Source of the DNA: an uncultured Acidobacteriota bacterium
GTDB lineage: Bacteria; Acidobacteriota; Vicinamibacteria; Vicinamibacterales; Fen-181
Assembly (NCBI GenBank): GCA_963813585.1
Contig: CAWEZL010000001.1
Location: 1,352,512 to 1,384,511 of the forward strand
Direction of reading: 5' to 3'
Length of the DNA stretch: 32,000 nt
This document shows positions 1 to 7,071 of this stretch, piece by piece (position 1 is the stretch's first letter; every line of letters starts with the position of its first letter). A model generated the notes under the pieces. The model searched no databases, was not told the DNA's origin, and saw only the letters and a program-made list of their open reading frames with translations. A program made the translations under genes and the position numbers.

Positions 1-110
1 AGCCAGCGCGACCACTGCTGCCACCCGGGCTTCGAGAAGAAGACGGCGACCGCCGCCAGCACCAGCGCCGTGCCCAGCCACCCGACGATGTCGAACACTC
101 GTTTCAGCAT
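1..110 (-). CDS. N-terminal end of a GldG-like ABC-transporter auxiliary membrane protein (partial, runs off the window)
   Basis: Reverse-strand ATG at 108-110, 3 nt downstream of the permease stop (114-116). It reads MLKRVFDIVGWLGTALVLAAVAVFFSKPGWQQWSRW, a hydrophobic N-terminal helix with G/C-rich third codon positions. The family is assigned only from the ATPase-permease-third-gene order typical of gldA/gldF/gldG-type operons. Confidence 0.4.
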   Translation of the reverse strand, partial: MLKRVFDIVGWLGTALVLAAVAVFFSKPGWQQWSRW

Positions 111-113
111 GCG

Positions 114-878
114 CTACCCCCGCCACCGTTCGCTGTCCACCGCCTTCGCCGTCAGGAACAGGCCGAAGGTGATGAAGCTGAGGTAGTAGACCAGGTGCCT
201 CGTGTCCACCACGCCCCGCAGGAAGTCCTCGAGGTGCCCCGTCAGCGAGAGGTAACTGACGATGCTCTCGAAGGTCGGCCCGCCGAGGCTGCCGAGCCAG
301 TCGATGACCCAGAGCAGCAGCAGCACCGCGAAGGTGAACATGCCCGCCACGATCTGGTTCCGCGTCAGGCTCGAGAAGAACAGCCCGACGGCCAGGAAGC
401 TGGCGCCCAGCAGGACCATGCCGAGGTACGCGGTGAGGATCGGCTTCAGCTCGGGACTGCCGTAGATGAACAGCACCGCCATGTGGACGACCGTGATCCC
501 CGTCATCGCCAGGTACAGCCCGAGGGCGCCGAGGAACTTGCCGGTGATGATCTGGAAGTCGGTGACCGGCGACGTCATCAGCAGCTCGATCGTGCCCGAC
601 CGCTTCTCCTCGGCGTAGATCCGCATCGTGATCAGCGGCACGACGAAGAGGTTGATCACCGTCGAGTTCATGAAGACGTAGCGGATCATCTGCTGGTTGA
701 TGTTCAGCGGCTCCCCGCCCATCTGCGGCGCCTGCATGCTCTGCCGCACGAACCAGTTCAGCCCGATCGCGAAGAAGTAGCCGAAGACGATGGAGTACAG
801 CCCGGCGACCACGTAGCCGACCGGCGAGGCAAAGTAGCCGCGCAGCTCCTTCCGGGCAATCGCGAGGATGTTGCTCAT
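114..878 (-). CDS. ABC-2 type transporter permease (GldF-like)
   Basis: 254-aa ORF with multiple hydrophobic segments. The N-terminus MSNILAIARKELRGYFASPVGYV is typical of ABC-2 permeases. Its ATG overlaps the stop of the upstream ATPase gene (ATGA, 875-878). Confidence 0.9.
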   Translation of the reverse strand: MSNILAIARKELRGYFASPVGYVVAGLYSIVFGYFFAIGLNWFVRQSMQAPQMGGEPLNINQQMIRYVFMNSTVINLFVVPLITMRIYAEEKRSGTIELLMTSPVTDFQIITGKFLGALGLYLAMTGITVVHMAVLFIYGSPELKPILTAYLGMVLLGASFLAVGLFFSSLTRNQIVAGMFTFAVLLLLWVIDWLGSLGGPTFESIVSYLSLTGHLEDFLRGVVDTRHLVYYLSFITFGLFLTAKAVDSERWRG

Positions 879-1843
879 TGGACGCCTGCCTCTCCCTGGG
901 GCGCCTGCGGCTGCTCGTCGGTGGTGAGCTGCAGGAAGATGTCCTCGAGGCTCAGGCGGACCGGGCGCAACTCGAGCAGCCCCCAGCCGCCGGCCACCAC
1001 CGCGCGCGCGAGGTCGCGGCGCACGTCGCGGCCCGGCGCGCTCTCCACCTCGTAGCCCGACGCCCCGTCGTGCCCCTCGGCGATCGCCACGCGGGTCACG
1101 CCGGGCACTTGCTCGAGCACCGCCGTCACGTCGGGCGGCACCCCCTCGACCTGGACGTACATCGTCTCCGAGCCAGTCAGCCGGCGCGTGAGATTGTCGG
1201 GCGTGTCCACCGCGACGACCTTCCCGCGGTTGATGATGATCACCCGCTGGCAGGTCTGCGCGACCTCGGGGAGGATGTGCGTGCTCAGGATGATGGTGTG
1301 CGTGCCGGCCAGCTCCTTGATGAGCTGCCGCGTCTCGATGATCTGCTTCGGGTCGAGGCCCGCGGTCGGCTCGTCGAGGATCAGCACGTCGGGGTTGTGC
1401 AGCAGCGCCTGGGCGAGGCCGACGCGCTGGCGGTAACCCTTCGACAGCTTCCCGCAGTGCCGCTCGGCCATGTCGGACACGCGCGTGCGTTCCATGGCGC
1501 CGTCGACGCGCGCCTTGCGCTCGCCCGCGGGCACGCCCTTGATGCGGGCGACGAACGCGAGGTACTCGCGGACGGTCATCTCGGGGTAGAGCGGCGGGGT
1601 CTCGGGGAGGTACCCGGTCCGGCGCTTGGCCTCGAGCGGCTGCTCGAAGACGTCGAACCCGGCCACGACCGCCTTGCCGGCGGTGGGCGGCATGTACCCC
1701 GTCAGGACCCGCATCGTGGTGGTCTTGCCGGCGCCATTGGGACCGAGGAACCCCAGGATTTCGCCGCGCTCGACCCGGAAACTGATGTCCTCGACCGCCG
1801 ACACGCGGCCGTAGCGTTTGGTGAGGTGCTGGACTTCAATCAC
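875..1843 (-). CDS. ABC transporter ATP-binding protein (GldA-like)
   Basis: Walker A GPNGAGKTT, signature LSKGYRQR, Walker B LILDEPTAGLD and H-loop STHIL. GTG start at 1843 with a GGAG about 9 nt upstream. Confidence 0.95.
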   Translation of the reverse strand: MIEVQHLTKRYGRVSAVEDISFRVERGEILGFLGPNGAGKTTTMRVLTGYMPPTAGKAVVAGFDVFEQPLEAKRRTGYLPETPPLYPEMTVREYLAFVARIKGVPAGERKARVDGAMERTRVSDMAERHCGKLSKGYRQRVGLAQALLHNPDVLILDEPTAGLDPKQIIETRQLIKELAGTHTIILSTHILPEVAQTCQRVIIINRGKVVAVDTPDNLTRRLTGSETMYVQVEGVPPDVTAVLEQVPGVTRVAIAEGHDGASGYEVESAPGRDVRRDLARAVVAGGWGLLELRPVRLSLEDIFLQLTTDEQPQAPQGEAGVQ

Positions 1844-1920
1844 ACCGGTGCTCCGTCATGGACCATGCCGTGGAGTGGGACCATCGTTCAAAGCCTTCAA
1901 TTCTAGCCGAACTGGCAAGG

Positions 1921-1949
1921 TTGCATATATGAACACATGTTCATATAAT
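1921..1949 (+). promoter_or_regulatory. sigma70-type promoter of the arsR-family/ATPase operon: TTGCAT (1921-1926), 17-bp spacer, TATAAT (1944-1949)
   Basis: Near-consensus hexamers with a 17-bp spacer, located in the only AT-rich island of the 113-bp divergent intergenic region. The -10 ends 7 nt before the ATG at 1957. Confidence 0.7.
1926..1947. promoter_or_regulatory. ArsR/SmtB-type operator: perfect 10-2-10 inverted repeat TATATGAACA-CA-TGTTCATATA
   Basis: Both arms are exact reverse complements. The repeat fills the promoter spacer and overlaps the -10. The AT-rich arms with a TGAA...TTCA core separated by 2 bp match the 12-2-12 operator architecture known for SmtB/CzrA/CadC-type repressors. 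Confidence 0.75.
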
Positions 1950-1956
1950 TTGACCC

Positions 1957-2385
1957 ATGGTCGAAAGTGCATCCCGAACCACCATGCCCGGCACGAAAGC
2001 CCCCTCGGATTCAGACGCCGCCGACGCCTGCGAGGTTTTCGTGGCCGACGCGGCCCGCGTGGCCGCCGTGAAGGCGGCGCTGGTGAGGAGCGGCTCGGTC
2101 GCCCTGCTGGCCGAGACCTTCCGGGCGCTCGGGGACCCGACTCGCGTGCGCATCCTCGACGCCCTGTCGCACGCCGAGCTGTGTGTCTGCGACATCGCGA
2201 CGCTGCTCGGGCTGACGCAGTCGGCGGTCTCGCATCAGCTTCGCATCCTGCGGGGCCTCAGACTCGTCCGCTCGCGGCGGGAGGGGCGGATGGTCTTCTA
2301 CGCGCTGGACGACCAGCACATCACCGGGCTCTTCCGCGAAGGCCTCCGCCACGTGGAAGAGGGTTCTGGGACGGGGCGGCCATGA
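1957..2385 (+). CDS. ArsR/SmtB family metal-sensing transcriptional repressor
   Basis: Winged-HTH core LGDPTRVRILDAL...ELCVCDIATLLGLTQSAVSHQLRILR with the alpha3 CVC motif. The C-terminal DDQH...LRHVEE aligns with the SmtB alpha5 D/H/H/E Zn site. The stop overlaps the ATPase start (ATGA at 2382-2385). Confidence 0.9.
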   Translation: MVESASRTTMPGTKAPSDSDAADACEVFVADAARVAAVKAALVRSGSVALLAETFRALGDPTRVRILDALSHAELCVCDIATLLGLTQSAVSHQLRILRGLRLVRSRREGRMVFYALDDQHITGLFREGLRHVEEGSGTGRP

Positions 2386-4526
2386 GCCGCGCGAACGCCC
2401 CCGCGTGTCCCGTCTGTGCGGTCCACACCGAGTCGGTCTACCGCGTGGACGGCCTCGACTGCCACGAGGAGGTGGCGCTGCTCGAGCGGCACCTCCGGCA
2501 CCTGCCCGGCCTCGAGCGCTTCTCGGCCGACGTGATGAGCGGCCGCCTGCGTGTCGCGCACGACGCGGCGCGGTTGTCGGCGGCGCAGGTGGCCGAGGCG
2601 GTGGCGGCGACCGGGATGCGGGCCTGGCTCGAGCACGAGCAGCCGGTCGCGGCCAGCATCGGCAGCGGCCGGCGGCGCGTGGCCGCGGTTGCCGTGTCGG
2701 GGGCGGCCTTCGGCGCGGGGCTCGCGGCGGACGCGCTCGGCTGGCCGCAGCTTGCCGGGTACGCCCTCTACAGCCTCTCCATCGTCGCGGCCGCCTCCCT
2801 GACGGCCCGGCGGGCGCTCGCGGCCGCACGGTCGCTGTCGCTCGACATCAACGTGCTGATGCTGGTGGCGGTGGCCGGCGCCCTCGCACTCGGCGAGTGG
2901 TCCGAGGCGGCCGCCGTCATCTTCCTCTTCGCCCTCGCGCAAGTGCTCGAGACGCGCAGCATGGAGCGGGCGCGCCACGCCATCCGCTCGCTGATGGCGC
3001 TGACGCCGGGCGACGCCCTCGTGCGCCGGGCGGACGGCGAGCGCCGGCTCCCGCTCGACGAGGTCGCGATCGGCGACACGCTGGTCGTCCGGCCGGGCGA
3101 GCGCATTGCGCTCGACGGGATGGTGGCGGCGGGTGCAAGCGAGGTGAACCAGGCGCCAATCACGGGCGAGTCGATGCCGGTGGACAAGGCCGCCGGCGAC
3201 GAGGTGTTCGCGGGGAGCGTGAACGGCCACGGCGCTCTCGAGGTGCGGGTGACGCGGCTGCGGGGCGACACTACGATGGCGCGGATCATCGCGCTGGTGG
3301 AGGTGGCGCAGGCGCAGCGGGCGCCGTCTCAGGCGTTCGTCGAGCGGTTCGCGCGCTACTACACGCCCGCGGTGCTCGTTGCGGCGGCGGCGATCGCCGT
3401 CGTGCCGCCGCTGGCGTTCGGGCAGCCGTTTGGGTCCTGGTTCTACCGCGCGCTGGTGCTGCTCGTCATCTCGTGCCCGTGCGCGCTGGTGATCTCGACG
3501 CCGGTGTCGTTCGTGTCGGCGCTGGCCGGAGCGGCACGACGCGGCGTCCTGGTGAAGGGAGGCGTCCACCTCGAGCGCGCCGCGGCGCTGCGCGTCATGG
3601 CGTTCGACAAGACCGGGACGCTCACGCACGGCCGCCCCGAGGTCGTCACCGTGGTACCGCTGAACGGAACGCCACCCGCCCGGTTGCTCGGCCTGGCGGC
3701 CGCGCTCGAGGCGCGCTCCGAGCACCCGATCGCCCACGCGATCATCGAGCGGGCTGCCACCGAAGGTGCCCGGCTGCCGGCGGGTGAGGCCTTCCGGGCG
3801 CTGCCCGGCCTCGGCGCCGAGGCGGTCATCGAAGGGACGCCCGTGCTGGTCGGCAACCACCGGCTCTTCGAGGAGCGGCGCCTGTGCTCGCCGGCGATCG
3901 ATGCCCGGCTCGAGACGCTCGGCCGCCAGGGCATGACGGCGGTTCTCGTTGCCCGGGCCGGTGTGCCGATCGGGATCATCGGCGTGGCCGACCGGACCCG
4001 CGACGCGGGCCGCGCCGCGATCGTCGAGCTGCGCCGGGCAGGCTTGTCGCACATCGTCATGCTGACCGGCGACAACGAGCGCACGGCCCGCGCGATCGCC
4101 GACGACCTTGGCGTGGACGAGGTCCGGGCCGAGCTGCTCCCGGCCGACAAGGTGGACGCGGTGAAGGACGCGCGCCGCCGCTTCGGCACAATCGCCATGG
4201 TGGGCGACGGGGTGAACGACGCTCCCGCGCTGGCCGCGGCGGACCTGGGAATCGCGATGGGGGCTGCCGGCTCGGACGCGGCGCTCGAGACCGCCGACAT
4301 CGCCCTGATGTCGGACGACCTGATGAAGCTGCCCTACCTCGTGCGCCTCGGCCGCCGCACGCTGTTCAACGTCAAGACCAACGTGGCCGTGTCGCTCGGC
4401 CTCAAGGCGATCTTCCTCGCCCTCGCCGTCGCCGGCGCCGCCACCCTCTGGATGGCCGTCGTCGCCGACATGGGCGCCTCGCTGCTCGTCATCGCCAACG
4501 GCTTGCGCCTGCTCAGGACGGAGTGA
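2382..4526 (+). CDS. Heavy-metal translocating P1B-type ATPase (Zn/Cd/Co/Pb class, CadA/ZntA-like)
   Basis: N-terminal HMA-like domain, TM CPC motif (VISCPCALVISTP), DKTGTLT phosphorylation site, SEHPIAHAI, MLTGDN, GDGVNDAPAL, and a C-terminal TM Asp (VVADMGASLLV) typical of the Zn/Cd subgroup. The start was chosen at ATG 2382, which is coupled to the arsR stop. The 902-aa track ORF from 1818 overlaps arsR and is rejected. Confidence 0.93.
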   Translation: MSRANAPACPVCAVHTESVYRVDGLDCHEEVALLERHLRHLPGLERFSADVMSGRLRVAHDAARLSAAQVAEAVAATGMRAWLEHEQPVAASIGSGRRRVAAVAVSGAAFGAGLAADALGWPQLAGYALYSLSIVAAASLTARRALAAARSLSLDINVLMLVAVAGALALGEWSEAAAVIFLFALAQVLETRSMERARHAIRSLMALTPGDALVRRADGERRLPLDEVAIGDTLVVRPGERIALDGMVAAGASEVNQAPITGESMPVDKAAGDEVFAGSVNGHGALEVRVTRLRGDTTMARIIALVEVAQAQRAPSQAFVERFARYYTPAVLVAAAAIAVVPPLAFGQPFGSWFYRALVLLVISCPCALVISTPVSFVSALAGAARRGVLVKGGVHLERAAALRVMAFDKTGTLTHGRPEVVTVVPLNGTPPARLLGLAAALEARSEHPIAHAIIERAATEGARLPAGEAFRALPGLGAEAVIEGTPVLVGNHRLFEERRLCSPAIDARLETLGRQGMTAVLVARAGVPIGIIGVADRTRDAGRAAIVELRRAGLSHIVMLTGDNERTARAIADDLGVDEVRAELLPADKVDAVKDARRRFGTIAMVGDGVNDAPALAAADLGIAMGAAGSDAALETADIALMSDDLMKLPYLVRLGRRTLFNVKTNVAVSLGLKAIFLALAVAGAATLWMAVVADMGASLLVIANGLRLLRTE

Positions 4527-4633
4527 CGCCGCCGACCGCTGCCGTCGTTCCTGCCGGCGTTCTCACTCATCCGTACGGTTCGTTGCATAACCGCGCTCGC
4601 GCCGCTGGCACGCGAACTGCCCACTGACGGAAC

Positions 4634-4774
4634 GTGCTTCGCTACTACAAGCGCACTCTCCCGCACTGGCGCAACGACAGCCCCGGCTCCGTGTGCTTCG
4701 TCACGTGGCGGTTGGCCCGCGGACAGCCGCAGTTGGCGCGCGGGCGGGCACGGAGGCCCGCCCCCACTGTTTAG
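4634..4774 (+). pseudogene. Truncated N-terminal remnant of a RayT-like (REP-associated Y1/IS200-like) transposase
   Basis: A GTG-started 46-codon frame reads (V)LRYYKRTLPHWRNDSPGSVCFVTWRLARGQPQL. From memory, this matches the conserved N-terminus (R-x-LPHW ... FVTWRL) of RayT-like proteins. The frame then dissolves into GC-rich repeats and stops at 4772-4774. The catalytic HUH/Tyr region is absent and there is no room for it before the next gene. Confidence 0.4.
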
Positions 4775-4791
4775 GGGAGGCCCGCCCCCAC
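4742..4791. repeat. REP-like GC-rich hairpin (GGGCGGGC-ACGGAG-GCCCGCCC, 4742-4763) plus a direct repeat of GGAGGCCCGCCCCCAC (4752-4767 and 4776-4791)
   Basis: A perfect 8-bp stem with a 6-nt loop. The 16-mer recurs exactly 24 bp downstream. Confidence 0.8.
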
Positions 4792-4810
4792 GGTGAGAGG
4801 GAACTCGTCG

Positions 4811-4848
4811 GCACGGAGGCCGGCGCTACTGGGCAGGCCGGCGCTACT
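4811..4848. repeat. Two tandem 18-bp copies of the GGCCGGCGCTACT-family repeat
   Basis: GGAGGCCGGCGCTACT (4815-4830) and GCAGGCCGGCGCTACT (4833-4848). The second copy contains the stop codon (CTA, 4844-4846) of the minus-strand CNNM gene. The same 20-mer recurs at 23443-23462. Confidence 0.85.
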
Positions 4849-6154
4849 TCGGTGGCGAGACGTGGACGCGCGAGACGCGCAGGCCGTCGAGGGCCTCGAC
4901 GCGCAGTGCGCGGCCCTCGACGTCGAGGCGGTCGCCGACGCGGGCGCGGCGGCCGAGTTCACCCAGCACGAACCCGCCAAGCGTGTTGTAGACGTCCTCG
5001 TCGATGTGCAGGCCGAACCGGTCGTTCACGTCGGCGACCAGCGCCAGCCCGTCCACGAGCACCGAGCCGTCGGCGAGCGGCGTGAACTTCGGGAGTCCCG
5101 CCCGGTGGCCGGCGGGGACCTCCCCGACGATCCGCTCCATCAAGCCGAGAAAGGTGATGAGGCCCGCCGTTCCGCCGTACTCGTCGATCACGACCACGTG
5201 GTGGGTCCGCCGGTGCTTCATCTGCTCGAGCACATCGTCGGCCTTCATCGTCTCGGGAACCGTGAAGGCCTCGCGCACCGAGCGCTTCAGGTCGAAGGCG
5301 CCGGGATGGCGGATCGCGGCGAGCAGGTCCTCGGCGTGGAGGAAACCGAGGATGTCGTCGGGCCCCGACCCGAAGACGACGAGCCAGGGCTGCGGCTGGC
5401 CGGCCACCCGGTCGATGACGGCGTCGAGTGTCGCGTCGGCGGGGACGCCGCTCATCTCGGTGCGCGGCACCATCACGTGGCCGGCGGTCAGGTCGCCGAA
5501 GCCGAAGACGCGGTGGAGCATCTGCTCCTCGCCCTCCTCGAGGACCCCAGCCTCCTGGCTGGCCGTCACCAGCATCTTCAGCTCCTCCTCCGAGTGGACC
5601 ATCGAGTGCCCGCTCGGCGGGCGCAGGCCGGCCAGCGCCACCGCGCGCCGCCCCATGCCGTTCAGCAGCGTGATGAACGGCCAGAAGGTGCGCATGAACA
5701 GGCGGGTCGGCGTCGCCACCAGCAGCGCGGTGCCCTCGGGGTTCTGCAGGGCGACGGTCTTGGGCGCCAGCTCGCCAAAGACGATGTGCAGCGCGGTGAT
5801 GAAGGCGAACGCGATCGCGACCGCCGCGGAATGCGATCCGGCCTGCGCCCAGGGGGCCGGCACGCCCTGCAGCGTCGGCTCGATCAGCCGCGCAATGGCC
5901 GGCTCGCCGATCCAGCCCAGGCCGAGGCTGGCCATGGTGATCCCCAGCTGCGTCGCGGCGATGTAGCTGTCCGGCTGCGCGATCGCCTGGCGCACGGAGC
6001 GGGCCCGCCGATTGCCCTCCGCGATCAGTTGGTCAACGCGCGTCTTGCGGACGGTGACCAGGGAGAACTCCGCCGCCACGAAGAAGCCGTTGGCGAGCAC
6101 GAGGCCCACCACGGCCGACAGGCGCAGCAAGATGTCGAGCGGCTCGGATGGCAT
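4844..6154 (-). CDS. CNNM/CorC-HlyC family transporter (DUF21 TM domain, CBS pair and CorC_HlyC domain; 'hemolysin family protein')
   Basis: N-terminal DUF21 signature (GFFVAAEFSLVTVRKTRVDQL...ATQLGITMASLGLGWIGEP), a central CBS pair and a C-terminal transporter-associated domain (GRRARVGDRLDVEGRALRVEALDGLRVSRVHV). Confidence 0.92.
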   Translation of the reverse strand: MPSEPLDILLRLSAVVGLVLANGFFVAAEFSLVTVRKTRVDQLIAEGNRRARSVRQAIAQPDSYIAATQLGITMASLGLGWIGEPAIARLIEPTLQGVPAPWAQAGSHSAAVAIAFAFITALHIVFGELAPKTVALQNPEGTALLVATPTRLFMRTFWPFITLLNGMGRRAVALAGLRPPSGHSMVHSEEELKMLVTASQEAGVLEEGEEQMLHRVFGFGDLTAGHVMVPRTEMSGVPADATLDAVIDRVAGQPQPWLVVFGSGPDDILGFLHAEDLLAAIRHPGAFDLKRSVREAFTVPETMKADDVLEQMKHRRTHHVVVIDEYGGTAGLITFLGLMERIVGEVPAGHRAGLPKFTPLADGSVLVDGLALVADVNDRFGLHIDEDVYNTLGGFVLGELGRRARVGDRLDVEGRALRVEALDGLRVSRVHVSPPK

Positions 6155-6201
6155 GCGCGAACTCTACCGCAGGCGGCGAGCGTGTGACAGGGGAAGGAGA
6201 A

Positions 6202-6266
6202 GGGAAGCCGGCAAGGGAGGCCGGCGCGACTGGAAGGCCGGCGCTACCGGAAGGACGGCGCCGGGT
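6202..6266. repeat. Three to four tandem, partly degenerate 17-bp copies of the GGRAGGCCGGCGCKAC repeat
   Basis: GGGAGGCCGGCGCGACT (6215-6231), GGAAGGCCGGCGCTACC (6232-6248) and GGAAGGACGGCGCCGGG (6249-6265), preceded by a degenerate GGGAAGCCGGCAA. The block fills the space between the CNNM start region and the stop of the REC-PilZ gene. Confidence 0.8.
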
Positions 6267-6980
6267 CTAGACGCGGGTGTTGAAGAAGTGGGTGTCCACG
6301 AACTCGTCGATGGCCGCCTGGTCCTCGGCCTGCACCTTCTCGAACTGCAGACCCATGCCGATGCGGCGGTCGCTCCACGCCACGCGGGCCTCGGCCTCGA
6401 CCTCGCGCCGTGCGCCGGGCAGCCGGAACCGCAGGCGCACCCGCGTGCTCTCGGTGAGCGGGTTCATCGTGCGAATGCCGATCCCGCCCTTGCTCAAGTT
6501 GAGCGTGAGCACCGCGGTGATCGTGTCGCCCGACCGGTAGGCGACCGGGATTCCCAGCACCACCCGGGGGCTCGACCGGCGGTTGAAGTTGTCGGGGAAG
6601 AGGTGGGGCGCCAGCGAGGGCAGGATGTGCTGGACGGCGCTATACTCGTTGACATAGCCGGCCACACCCAGGGCAGCCAGTTCCCGCACCTCCTCGGCGC
6701 TCGAGATCGTCCCGCTGAAGACGAGGATCGGCAGCCTGCCCTGGTCCAGTTTGCGCACCGAGCGGATCAGGTCGACGCCGGCGGCGTGGGGCAGGCGGAG
6801 GTCGATCACCAGCAGGTCGATGATGTCGAGGTCGGCACGCACGCGCGCCAGCAGCTCCGCCGCGCTCTTGACGCTGAGGGCCCGGTGCCCCGCTTCGTGC
6901 AGGGCCGTCTGGAAGCGCTCCCGCACGAACGCGGTGTCGTCGGCGATGAGGACAGTTTTGGCGGCGGCCCCCGAGGTCAT
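6267..6980 (-). CDS. Response-regulator receiver domain fused to a PilZ (c-di-GMP binding) domain
   Basis: REC features: LIADD acidic pocket and VIDLRLP phospho-acceptor Asp. PilZ motifs: RRSSPR (RxxxR) and NLSKGG (D/NxSxxG). Confidence 0.88.
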   Translation of the reverse strand: MTSGAAAKTVLIADDTAFVRERFQTALHEAGHRALSVKSAAELLARVRADLDIIDLLVIDLRLPHAAGVDLIRSVRKLDQGRLPILVFSGTISSAEEVRELAALGVAGYVNEYSAVQHILPSLAPHLFPDNFNRRSSPRVVLGIPVAYRSGDTITAVLTLNLSKGGIGIRTMNPLTESTRVRLRFRLPGARREVEAEARVAWSDRRIGMGLQFEKVQAEDQAAIDEFVDTHFFNTRV

Positions 6981-7041
6981 CGCCTGGTGTATCGGGAGCG
7001 GTCGGGCTGGACGTTAGTCCCGGCCGCCCCGATATCTGGGT

Positions 7042-7071
7042 TTGCGGCCGTCCGGACGGTGTGGCTATAAT
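7042..7071 (+). promoter_or_regulatory. Candidate promoter for the lysW-like/larE-like operon: TTGCGG (7042-7047), 18-bp spacer, TATAAT (7066-7071)
   Basis: A consensus -10 sits in an otherwise GC-rich intergenic region. It would give a leader of about 80 nt ending in a strong AGGAGG (7142-7147), 7 nt before ATG 7155. Confidence 0.35.

Noticed and set aside
114-1843. Calling the ABC operon a gliding-motility (gldAFG) system
   Set aside because: Only the generic ABC-2 architecture and gene order are visible. Gliding function cannot be inferred from this, so the genes are described as GldA/F/G-like only.
195-1906. Long + strand ORFs (195..1055, 878..1906) antisense to the ABC permease and ATPase genes
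   Set aside because: They translate to Arg/Pro/Gly/His-rich low-complexity sequence with no recognisable motifs. The opposite strand carries unmistakable ABC motifs. These are typical high-GC shadow ORFs.
1818-2381. N-terminal 188-aa extension of the P-type ATPase ORF (the track gives 1818..4526, 902 aa)
   Set aside because: The extension overlaps the well-supported arsR-family gene in another frame and is Arg/Gly/Pro-rich. ATG 2382 overlaps the arsR stop (ATGA) and gives a normal HMA-domain N-terminus.
2298-4052. 584-aa minus-strand ORF and several + strand alternate-frame ORFs inside the ATPase gene
   Set aside because: Shadow ORFs with extreme Arg/Pro/Gly composition. The ATPase frame contains every P-type signature.
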